Source: an uncultured Pelosinus sp. (GTDB lineage: Bacteria; Bacillota; Negativicutes; DSM-13327). From it: a DNA stretch of 24,000 bases. Below the pieces are notes generated by a model. That model did no database searches and was not told the DNA's origin. It was given only the letters and a program-made list of their open reading frames with translations. Positions 17,207 to 24,000 of this stretch are shown in pieces. The translations under genes were made by a program, and so were the position numbers. The first letter of the stretch is position 1. Each line of letters begins with the position of its first letter. The stretch covers positions 179,863 through 203,862 of the forward strand of contig CAURNS010000006.1 of assembly GCA_963526485.1 (NCBI GenBank). The letters are read 5' to 3'.

Positions 17207-17233
17207 ATTATTTTACAATATTTGTAAAATAAT
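17207..17233. repeat. 27-bp perfect AT-rich palindrome in the divergent intergenic region
   Basis: ATTATTTTACAA-TAT-TTGTAAAATAAT, 12-bp perfect arms with a 3-nt spacer. It lies about 100 nt upstream of the -35 box at 17334 (125-130 nt measured centre to -35) and about 230 nt from the 171-aa gene start. Confidence 0.35.
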
Positions 17234-17333
17234 TAATGTATTCAGTTTACACACACAATTATAATTATTTAAATACGATTACTTTTATTACTTTTCATTT
17301 CGTCGTGCCAACCCATTTTTTACCAAAATCTAC

Positions 17334-17362
17334 TTGATAAACCAGGGCATGTTTGTTATAAT
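17334..17362 (+). promoter_or_regulatory. sigma-A promoter with extended -10 for the carboxyltransferase gene
   Basis: TTGATA (17334-17339), a 17-nt spacer ending in TGT, then TATAAT (17357-17362). It lies about 120 nt upstream of the ATG at 17486. Confidence 0.65.
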
Positions 17363-17485
17363 AAAGTTAAAATTTTAGCACCAGATAACATTATCAGACT
17401 ATATATTCTAGTGATAATAGCAATAGATGTGGACTGCATGTAAGCGGATCATTGATCATCTATAACATATTTGGAGGCCAATCAT

Positions 17486-19015
17486 ATGAAAACTATTTCA
17501 GAGAAAATTGAGGATTTACAAAAACAACAAAAAAAGATCAAGCTCGGCGGTGGAGCAAAACGTATTGAAAAACAACATGCAAACGGGAAGCTTACTGCCC
17601 GTGAGCGAATAGAAAAACTGCTTGACCCTAATACTTTTATTGAATTTGATCAGTTTATTAAGCACCGTTGTGTCAATTTTGGCATGGAAAATCAAGAGAG
17701 CCCAGGAGAAGGAGTCGTTACTGGCCATGGTACCGTTAACGGACGATTGGTCTTTGTATTTGCCCAGGACTTCACGGTAATCGGTGGATCCCTTGGAGAA
17801 ATGCACGCTGCGAAAATTGTAAAGGTACAAAAAATGGCATTAAAAATGGGAGCACCAATCATTGGCATTAATGACTCTGGTGGTGCTCGAATTCAAGAGG
17901 GCGTTGATGCCTTAGCAGGATATGGGGATATATTTTTTAATAATACTTTATCTTCAGGAGTCATTCCTCAGATATCTGTCATTATGGGTCCCTGCGCTGG
18001 CGGAGCCGTCTATTCTCCCGCTCTGACTGATTTTGTTTATATGGTGGATAGAACCAGTCAAATGTTCATTACAGGGCCGCAAGTGATAAAAACCGTTACT
18101 GGCGAGGAGGTCTCTGCTGAAACACTGGGCGGAGCCATGACCCATAATGCAGTATCAGGAGTTGCCCACTTTATTGCAGCAGATGATGAAAATTGTTTGG
18201 AGCAGGTCCGTTATTTATTGAGTTTTTTACCAAGTAATAATTTAGATCCATTACCTCAATATGAAACTACAGATAGGCCCGATCGTATGGAGGAAAACTT
18301 AAATACAGCTATTTCGGATGATCCTACCATTCCCTATGATATGAAAATTATTATTAAAATGATTGTTGACAATGGCGAGTTTTATGAGGTGCAGCCTTTT
18401 TTTGCCCAAAACATTATCACATGCTTTGCTCGCATGGATGGTAAAACAGTAGGAATTATTGCTAGTCAGCCAAAAGTAATGGCTGGGTGCATGGACATAA
18501 ATACCTCAGATAAGAGTGCGCGATTTATCCGCTTTTGTGATGCCTTTTCCATTCCCCTTGTGACTTTAGTGGATGTTCCAGGTTTCTTACCAGGTACCAC
18601 GCAAGAATATGGTGGTATTATTCGTCATGGCGCTAAAGTATTATATGCGTATTCGGAAGCAACGGTTCCTAAAATAACCGTTATTACTCGCAAATCTTAT
18701 GGTGGGGCCTACATCGGTATGTGTTCGAGACATTTAGGTGCTGACATCGTCTTTGCCTGGCCAACAGCTGAGATTGCTGTAATGGGTCCTGCTGGAGCAG
18801 CCAACATTATCTTCCGCGGAGATACAGAAGTTGTGGAAAAGACGCAGAAATATGTGGAGGATTTTGCTACTCCTTACAAAGCCGCAGAACGAGGATATGT
18901 TGATATCATTATTGAGCCTAAAGAAACAAGATTTCGTATTATTGAAGCTCTCAAAATGCTTAAAACCAAAACAGAGAATCGGCCTGCCAAGAAACATGGC
19001 AATATTCCTCTTTAA
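17486..19015 (+). CDS. mmdA: methylmalonyl-CoA carboxyltransferase/decarboxylase alpha subunit (acyl-CoA carboxylase carboxyltransferase, 12S/MmdA/PccB type)
   Basis: I prefer the ATG at 17486 (GGAGG at 17473-17477). MKTISEKIEDLQKQQKKIKLGGGAKRIEKQHANGKLTARERIEKLLD, GINDSGGARIQEG, GPCAGGAVYSPALTDF, VDVPGFLPGTTQEYGGIIRHGAK and KSYGGAY are all hallmark carboxyltransferase motifs. Confidence 0.9.
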   Translation: MKTISEKIEDLQKQQKKIKLGGGAKRIEKQHANGKLTARERIEKLLDPNTFIEFDQFIKHRCVNFGMENQESPGEGVVTGHGTVNGRLVFVFAQDFTVIGGSLGEMHAAKIVKVQKMALKMGAPIIGINDSGGARIQEGVDALAGYGDIFFNNTLSSGVIPQISVIMGPCAGGAVYSPALTDFVYMVDRTSQMFITGPQVIKTVTGEEVSAETLGGAMTHNAVSGVAHFIAADDENCLEQVRYLLSFLPSNNLDPLPQYETTDRPDRMEENLNTAISDDPTIPYDMKIIIKMIVDNGEFYEVQPFFAQNIITCFARMDGKTVGIIASQPKVMAGCMDINTSDKSARFIRFCDAFSIPLVTLVDVPGFLPGTTQEYGGIIRHGAKVLYAYSEATVPKITVITRKSYGGAYIGMCSRHLGADIVFAWPTAEIAVMGPAGAANIIFRGDTEVVEKTQKYVEDFATPYKAAERGYVDIIIEPKETRFRIIEALKMLKTKTENRPAKKHGNIPL

Positions 19016-19064
19016 AAAACAAAATCTCTGGGTCCATAAAAAGATATGGATCCAGAGATATTTT
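19010..19064. terminator. bidirectional rho-independent terminator between convergent carboxyltransferase and MCP genes
   Basis: ATCTCTGGGTCCATA (19024-19038), loop AAAAGA, TATGGATCCAGAGAT (19045-19059), giving 15 bp with one G-U pair. The plus-strand tail is AUUUUCAU and the minus-strand tail is UUUGUUUUUU. Confidence 0.7.
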
Positions 19065-19073
19065 CATAAGTAT

Positions 19074-20789
19074 CTATATTTTAAATTTACTAACAGCCTC
19101 ACGAAGATTCATTGCTAAGTGGGCTAGTGCCTGGCTGGATGAGGCGATTTCTTCCATGGATGCCGATTGTTCTTCCGTTGCAGCGGATACGGTCTGGGCT
19201 TCTCCGGAAGCCTTTCTGCTTAATTCGTCAATCTGTTTTACCGAGCTGACAATGAACTGACCGCCGGTAGATATCTGTTCTATAGCAACTGATATTCCTT
19301 GCGTCTGATCAGATACTGTATTTACCAGAGACACAATTTCCTGAAAAGCCCTGCCAGTGTCATTGACGACTTCAGCGCCAAGCTTAACCTCACGTGTACC
19401 ATCATTCATAGCAACGACGGCTCTGTCAGTGTCACCTTGAATTTCGGCTATCAATTCGCCAATATGCTTTGCTGCATCTTGTGATTGTTCTGCCAGTTTG
19501 CGAACTTCCTCTGCTACAACTGCAAAGCCACGCCCTTGTTCACCTGCGCGCGCTGCTTCAATCGCAGCATTTAACGCTAATAAGTTGGTTTGACTGGCAA
19601 TACCAGAAATGGTATCCACAATTTCCCCAATTTCCTTAGAACGCTCTCCTAATTTAGCGACTACCAAGGACGAGGCCGTAACCGTCTGTTCAATGTGGGA
19701 CATCTGATTGATTGCTTTATCAACCGACTTGTTACCTTCATTTGCCTTACCAGCGGCCTGAGCTGATTGCTCAGATGCTTCTTTGGCATTAATGGCAACT
19801 CGCTGGATACTATCCGACATTTCTTGTACTATGGCCGATGTACCATCAGCTACACTTAGCTGTTCTTCTGCACCATTAGCTACATCTGTTATGGATGCGG
19901 CGACCTGATTGGCAGCTTGTGCGGATTGATCTGCGCTGGCAGTTAGCTCTTCAGAAGAGGCTGCCAATTGTTCAGAAGACTCATTGATCTGTATCATCAA
20001 TTTGCGAATAGCAGCCCGCATATCAGCCAAGGCATCTGCCACCTGACCGACTTCGTCTCTTCTAAGAATTTTCCGGGGTTTATCGCGAAAGTCGCCAGTC
20101 GCAAACTCTTTGCAAATTGACACCATTGTATTTAGAGGAGTTGCAATGATTTTAGTGATGTACCACCCACTCCAGCCTAATATGATTAAGGCTACTAAGA
20201 TGATACCAATCACAATATGAATCGATTTTTCGAATGCTGCTTTGTTATCGATATGCATTTGTTTTGAACTCTGAACACTATACTTTGAAAGATCTATACA
20301 TCTGTTATTCGCATCATCAAGCAAGGACTCTACAGTGGAAGTGTATAACGCATAAGCCTCTGCTTTTTTATTCTGCATTGCCAAATCAATAACTGGCTGC
20401 CTGCCAGCCCGATATTTTACCATGGATGCTTTAATTGCACTTACTTGTTCTTTTGCTTTGTCATCTAAATTAGCTTTTTCAAGTTCTGCCATATTATCAT
20501 TAAAGGCTTTTACCCGCTCACCGATTACCTTATTCAGCTCATTATTTCTGTTACTATCTGTTGTGATTATCATTTCCAATATTGCCGCATTCACTTTATT
20601 AATATGCGCTCGATTCTCATTTATCAACGAAATTGGCAGCAATTGGTCCGCATACATAACATTAATATCTGCGTTTGACTGCTGAAGATAATAATATCCT
20701 GTATACCCTATAATACACATAGACAGCAAAGCAATGGCAATAAGTATGCTTAATTTAAGGCGCACTTTCATATTATTTAATACATTCAT
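19074..20789 (-). CDS. methyl-accepting chemotaxis protein (four-helix-bundle sensor, HAMP, MA signalling domain)
   Basis: 571 aa with two TM segments (LSILIAIALLSMCIIGY and IVIGIILVALIILGWSGWYI). The HAMP region is PLNTMVSICKEFATGDFR. The highly conserved hairpin tip is IASQTNLLALNAAIEAARAGEQGRGFAVVAEEVRKLAEQS. Confidence 0.9.
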   Translation of the reverse strand: MNVLNNMKVRLKLSILIAIALLSMCIIGYTGYYYLQQSNADINVMYADQLLPISLINENRAHINKVNAAILEMIITTDSNRNNELNKVIGERVKAFNDNMAELEKANLDDKAKEQVSAIKASMVKYRAGRQPVIDLAMQNKKAEAYALYTSTVESLLDDANNRCIDLSKYSVQSSKQMHIDNKAAFEKSIHIVIGIILVALIILGWSGWYITKIIATPLNTMVSICKEFATGDFRDKPRKILRRDEVGQVADALADMRAAIRKLMIQINESSEQLAASSEELTASADQSAQAANQVAASITDVANGAEEQLSVADGTSAIVQEMSDSIQRVAINAKEASEQSAQAAGKANEGNKSVDKAINQMSHIEQTVTASSLVVAKLGERSKEIGEIVDTISGIASQTNLLALNAAIEAARAGEQGRGFAVVAEEVRKLAEQSQDAAKHIGELIAEIQGDTDRAVVAMNDGTREVKLGAEVVNDTGRAFQEIVSLVNTVSDQTQGISVAIEQISTGGQFIVSSVKQIDELSRKASGEAQTVSAATEEQSASMEEIASSSQALAHLAMNLREAVSKFKI

Positions 20790-20974
20790 TTTGCCCTCTC
20801 CATATTACATTGTATTTTTTCTAATTTTGCTTGGGATTTGTAATAGTGCAACTTTTCTAAATCGATTTGGCCTCCTTTTCTCCGATTACTTATCTGATAA
20901 ATGTGTTTATTAGCCGCCACATCTATCCCTACCATCACTCTGATTACCAAGGATCATATTATACATATTTGTCA

Positions 20975-21023
20975 TATAAAGAATAAAATCCTGCAATATT
21001 TTCCTTAAAAATATTGCAGGATT
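20975..21023 (-). terminator. rho-independent terminator of the DapB-like gene
   Basis: AAATCCTGCAATATTT (20985-21000) pairs with AAATATTGCAGGATTT (21008-21023), a 16-bp perfect stem. The minus-strand tail is UUAUUCUUUAU. Confidence 0.7.
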
Positions 21024-21058
21024 TTTAATCAATTTTGCAATTAAGATCCTCGTTTTAG

Positions 21059-21826
21059 TTAATATACAGGAATATTTTGTCTGAACATCTCAGCAATTAT
21101 CGTTTCCATTGTATACATTCCTGGAGGCTTTCCTATGATGTACTTCACTGCGAAAATAGCACCTTGTCCAAAAGCTGCCCGGTTTATACTTTCATGTGAT
21201 AACCGTATCGTCTGGTTTGGCATCCCAAAGATGATTTCGTGACGCCCAACAATTCCACCGACACGAATTGAATTCAGATGTTCTTCTACATTGAGGCCAA
21301 GAGCCTTTGCAATTTTTTGCGCTGTTCCTGAAACTTCTTTTTTGCCCTTAAAATGTTCCTCTACAATTTCAATATCTGCATGAGGAAGTATTTTCTGCAA
21401 AATCTGAGCAGCTACCATCAAAACGTTAATTCCTAATGTAATGTTTGGAGAGTATAATACGGAAGTGGACTTTGCAAAAGACTTCAGTAAATTCATTTCC
21501 TCCTGCTCGTATTTTGAAATGGCAGATATAATTGGAATACCTGCTGCCGCTGCCCTTTTGTATAAGTAACTCCCCGTCGCATCAGAAAAATCCACAAGAG
21601 CGTCTACTGGTCTTTCTAAAAAGAATGTATCGTCGATGTCTCTAATCGAAAAAATCTCTCCTGCATCAAATTCGTATCCCAACAACCGACTGGCATATTT
21701 TTGATGATCTTCATTCCCTTTGCGCACTACCCATTCCAATGAAAATAAACTCTCATTTAAAAATTCGTTAGCAACCACTTTACCTGTTTTCCCAAAACCA
21801 AAAATACCAATTCTGATTTTCTCCAT
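21059..21826 (-). CDS. dihydrodipicolinate reductase (DapB)-family oxidoreductase, divergent paralogue
   Basis: The track ORF extends to 21892. I prefer the ATG at 21826 (MEKIRIGIFGFGKTGK...), with AAGGAGGG upstream. It aligns by eye to DapB: Rossmann GFGKTGK, SPNITLGINVLM (compare APNFALG), DIEIVEEHFKGKKEVSGTA (compare E.HH..K.DAPSGTA) and HEIIFGMPNQTIRLSHESINRAAFGQGA. The canonical HH is HF here, and DAPSGTA is EVSGTA. Confidence 0.75.
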   Translation of the reverse strand: MEKIRIGIFGFGKTGKVVANEFLNESLFSLEWVVRKGNEDHQKYASRLLGYEFDAGEIFSIRDIDDTFFLERPVDALVDFSDATGSYLYKRAAAAGIPIISAISKYEQEEMNLLKSFAKSTSVLYSPNITLGINVLMVAAQILQKILPHADIEIVEEHFKGKKEVSGTAQKIAKALGLNVEEHLNSIRVGGIVGRHEIIFGMPNQTIRLSHESINRAAFGQGAIFAVKYIIGKPPGMYTMETIIAEMFRQNIPVY

Positions 21827-21929
21827 TAAAAACCCTCCTTTAAAACTGTAGCTTGTCAGTATCTTGCTGCTTTCCCTGTATGAAGGCAGCAAACTTTTAC
21901 AAAACCAGTCTTTGAGAAGGAAGAACCTT

Positions 21930-22055
21930 CTCTTTCAACGCCTACGAGGTTAGCTGACGGATTCGGACAGAAAGAAATTGCCCTACCTGCTAAACAGGAT
22001 TCACCCCATAAATGGGTCCCCCGCTTCCGATAAGTGAAATTCGGCGATTGCCTTA
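21930..22055 (-). promoter_or_regulatory. ydaO/kimA-class (c-di-AMP) riboswitch aptamer in the 5' leader of the DapB-like gene
   Basis: The minus strand reads GGCAATCGCCGAATTTCACTTATCGGAAGCGGGGGACCCATTTATGGGGTGAATCCTGTTTAGCAGGTAGGGCAATTTCTTTCTGTCCGAATCCGTCAGCTAACCTCGTAGGCGTTGAAAG. This matches the remembered ydaO-motif blocks AATCGC, AGCGGGGGACCCA, GGGGTGAATCC, GGTAGGGCAA and CCGAAnCCGnCAGCTAACCTCGTAAGCG. Local hairpins CCGA/TCGG, CCCA/TGGG and CCTG/CAGG fall where that fold expects them. Confidence 0.8.
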
Positions 22056-22084
22056 TGATTATGGAAATAAAAAGCATATACTAT

Positions 22085-22113
22085 ATTATACTATTTATAC
22101 CATTTTTTAGCAA
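22085..22113 (-). promoter_or_regulatory. sigma-A promoter driving the riboswitch leader
   Basis: The minus strand reads TTGCTA (22113-22108), a 17-nt spacer, then TATAAT (22090-22085). The predicted start near 22078 is about 25 nt before the aptamer. Confidence 0.65.
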
Positions 22114-22232
22114 TTTTCTAATCAATCCTAATTATAATACCATCATTTTATCGGCTTTAAATGGATTTATGAAAAACAGGATGACTGCGTAATGCAGTAA
22201 TTAAATGATTAATGTGCCAAAATAGCAGTAAA

Positions 22233-22266
22233 CACGGCACCATGATTTCTCTTCAACGGTGTCGTG
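22233..22266 (-). terminator. candidate terminator of the 77-aa gene
   Basis: CACGGCACC (22233-22241) pairs with GGTGTCGTG (22258-22266), giving 9 bp with one G-U pair and a 16-nt loop. The minus-strand tail is UUUACUGCUAUUUUGG. Confidence 0.4.
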
Positions 22267-22298
22267 CTCATTCGTATTCTCCAGGGATAGAGATAAAA

Positions 22299-22532
22299 TT
22301 AATTTTCTGCAGATTGATTGCGGATTCCCTCTATTGTGTCTACGATTATTTTTTTATATTCCTCAGGCGCGTAAACCGCTCCCCATCCCTTGCTTTTCTG
22401 AAATAGCCCATCATAAGCAATATCATAGTAAGATCTTACATAATACACAATACCTTGTTCGTCCAAAATAGATTGAAGTAATTGTGCTTCAAATTCATTT
22501 TCGATAATTGCAGTCTTCAAATATCCGTCCAT
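22299..22532 (-). CDS. small hypothetical protein (77 aa)
   Basis: AGAGGTG lies 5 nt before the ATG at 22532. The sequence MDGYLKTAIIENEFEAQLLQSILDEQGIVYYVRSY...GWGAVYAPEEYKKIIVDTIEGI is not low-complexity. It has a vague resemblance to small DUF2007-like domains, but I cannot confirm that. Confidence 0.55.
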   Translation of the reverse strand: MDGYLKTAIIENEFEAQLLQSILDEQGIVYYVRSYYDIAYDGLFQKSKGWGAVYAPEEYKKIIVDTIEGIRNQSAEN

Positions 22533-22940
22533 GATTCACCTCTTATACATTTTTTGCACGACATGATTTTATACATTACAAATCATTATCTTCGCCATCC
22601 CCACTACCATTTCAACAGAATTTCAGTGCTTAACTTTTCTCCTAGTCCAATTTTATGTACTTAATAAGGTTTCAATCCTTTTTCTTATTTTCCATATAAA
22701 TACAGAACTCCTGCAAGGAATTTGTCTCTATCTTTTACCTAAAAATAATAGCTTGCCCAGGGTACAAGTAATTTACCTTTGATTAGCAATATTGATTGAA
22801 AATAGTATTAAATTAATAATTTTAGAAGGAAATTACTAATATAGCATAGAAAAATAGTACAATTTGTGCTATATTGCTAGTGACAACATCTTTGCAAGTG
22901 CATTATACATGAAAACCAGTCTTAGGTTAGGAGTGTTACA

Positions 22941-23717
22941 GTGATTACTAGAAGAAAATTTTTAATAGGATGCGCTGGTACTATCGCAGCATTATCAGGT
23001 CTATCCTTCTTATCTGATTATAAACACATCAATGAAATTATAAAGAGCATTCCCATCTTATTGTATCATAGAGTCGGTTCTGAAACGGATGCATTAACGA
23101 TTACCACGGAACGTTTTCAACGTGATATGGCAACATTAAGCGAAGATGGTTATCACACCTTATCCTTGGATCAACTGCGAAATCATTTGCAAAATAATCC
23201 CAATGAATCACTTCCTAAAAAATCGATAATGATCACATTTGATGATGGATATTTAGACAATTATACAAATGCTTTTCCAATTCTGCAAAAGTATTCTATG
23301 AATGCAAGTTTTTATATTATTACGGGAATGGTTGGGCAAAATGACCGTTTGACCGCTTCACAAATTAGAGAGATGGCAGCTGCCGGGATGACGTTTGGCT
23401 CTCATACCATTACACATCGTCCCCTTGCAGAGTTAAATACACAAGAAGCAACAACAGAGCTTACTAAATCCAAACATGATTTGGAAGACCTTTTAGGGAA
23501 AACAGTTGATTTTATTGCCTATCCCTGTGGCAGCTATACAGCAGAAACGATTAAAATCGCACATGAAGCAGGTTATCGTGGTGGATTTTCTGTTCGCCCG
23601 GGATTTGCTATGTTCACTAACAACATGACAATCAGAAGAATCCCCATCTTTCATTATGATCGGTCTATTTCTTATGTTTTATTACGCAAAGGACTTATAC
23701 CAGATATGCTTGGCTAG
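22941..23717 (+). CDS. polysaccharide deacetylase (NodB homology / CE4) with a twin-arginine-type signal peptide
   Basis: GTG start with AGGAG 7 nt upstream. The N-terminus is MITRRKFLIGCAGTIAALSGLSFL (T-R-R-x-F-L Tat motif). CE4 motifs are present: MITFDDGYLDNY, GSHTITH and FIAYPCGSY. Confidence 0.85.
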   Translation: MITRRKFLIGCAGTIAALSGLSFLSDYKHINEIIKSIPILLYHRVGSETDALTITTERFQRDMATLSEDGYHTLSLDQLRNHLQNNPNESLPKKSIMITFDDGYLDNYTNAFPILQKYSMNASFYIITGMVGQNDRLTASQIREMAAAGMTFGSHTITHRPLAELNTQEATTELTKSKHDLEDLLGKTVDFIAYPCGSYTAETIKIAHEAGYRGGFSVRPGFAMFTNNMTIRRIPIFHYDRSISYVLLRKGLIPDMLG

Positions 23718-23737
23718 TGTCATTATACTCAATAAGA

Positions 23738-23785
23738 GAATGGAATAGTATGGGATCGATTCTTATCTCCCATACTATTCCATTC
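23738..23785 (+). terminator. 18-bp perfect hairpin just after the deacetylase gene
   Basis: GAATGGAATAGTATGGGA (23738-23755), a 12-nt loop, then TCCCATACTATTCCATTC (23768-23785). There is no clear U-tail (ACUAUAACC), so terminator function is uncertain. Confidence 0.45.
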
Positions 23786-24000
23786 ACTATAACCATACCC
23801 CTCTGGAATTTCGCAATCGCAAATCTTCATAAGCAGTATGACAATCTGCATACTGTTCTCGTAAGTTGATATGGACTTAGAATAAATGTTGACATTTAAA
23901 TCCATTCGTAGCATAGTAAATACTAAGAAGTACTAATCTTAGGGAGTGATGATGTATGTCCATAATATCTGCTGGCACTGCCGCGAATACAGCACTCAAC

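Noticed and set aside
17207-17233. The palindrome as a BirA (biotin) operator, given the neighbouring biotin-enzyme subunit gene
   Set aside because: Remembered BirA operators are TGTnAAC-type half-sites separated by about 15 nt in the opposite relative orientation. Here the arms are TTTACAA/TTGTAAA separated by 3 nt. The resemblance is only a shared TGTAAA.
21856-22077. 73-aa minus-strand ORF from the track
   Set aside because: It coincides with the ydaO-class riboswitch leader, has no Shine-Dalgarno, and its start lies at or just downstream of the predicted transcript start.
14834-22725. Recurring CCTGCA/TGCAGG cores (14836-14868, 20988-21020, about 22708) as a dispersed repeat family
   Set aside because: The shared part is only about 6-8 nt within otherwise different terminator stems. 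The third copy has no partner arm. This is more simply a coincidence among GC-core terminator hairpins.
22941-22980. LIGC in the deacetylase N-terminus as a lipoprotein lipobox
   Set aside because: The Cys is only 11 residues from the start and only 4 hydrophobic residues precede it. The real hydrophobic core extends beyond it (FLIGCAGTIAALSGLSFL), so cleavage by signal peptidase II at this Cys is unlikely.
23729-23914. 61-aa minus-strand ORF from the track
   Set aside because: It has no ribosome-binding site and overlaps the 18-bp hairpin downstream of the deacetylase gene. Its sequence has no recognisable features.
23956-24000. Possible start of a plus-strand gene (AGGGAG at 23941-23946, ATG at 23956, MSIISAGTAANTALN...) running off the right edge
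   Set aside because: Only 15 codons are visible, and an alternative ATG frame exists at 23949. That is too little sequence to support a call or a product.
1-24000. Scan for CRISPR arrays, tandem repeats, IS or transposase ends, integrases, toxin-antitoxin pairs and phage-defence-like gene clusters
   Set aside because: I found no regularly spaced direct repeats, terminal inverted repeats flanking an ORF, or recombinase or nuclease-like ORFs. The unexplained sequence is limited to the hairpins and palindromes listed above.

Overview
The window looks like chromosomal DNA from a diderm Firmicute, probably Negativicutes. Supporting signs are an SLH-anchored OmpM-type porin with a C-terminal Phe, a methylmalonyl-CoA carboxyltransferase, sigma-54 machinery and AT-rich intergenic DNA. 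I support 18 protein-coding genes. One of them is absent from the supplied ORF track: a sigma-54 enhancer-binding protein at 1-1852 (minus strand) that runs off the left edge. I saw no rRNA, tRNA, CRISPR array, transposase or IS end.

Layout:
(1) EBP gene (minus), then a consensus -24/-12 sigma-54 promoter (2204-2219), then an OPT oligopeptide transporter, an M29 aminopeptidase and an OmpM-like porin.
(2) A minus-strand block bounded by hairpin terminators: PepV-type M20 dipeptidase, PRD/HTH regulator, fructose-family PTS EIIA, EIIB and EIIC, M24 Xaa-Pro-type aminopeptidase, and a MalY/PatB-type C-S lyase.
(3) Malic enzyme, an unrecognisable 171-aa protein, a lone methylmalonyl-CoA carboxyltransferase and an MCP.
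(4) A sigma-A promoter plus a ydaO-class (c-di-AMP) riboswitch-like leader driving a divergent DapB paralogue, then a 77-aa protein and a Tat-signal CE4 deacetylase.

Most interesting:
- The PTS operon's only enzymatic cargo is peptidases and a beta-lyase, with no sugar-phosphate enzyme.
- The c-di-AMP riboswitch sits on a DapB-like gene.
- The sigma-54-driven porin/OPT/aminopeptidase unit spans the whole envelope.

All calls come from reading and hand-translating the sequence and from remembered family motifs. No database search or folding computation was run.
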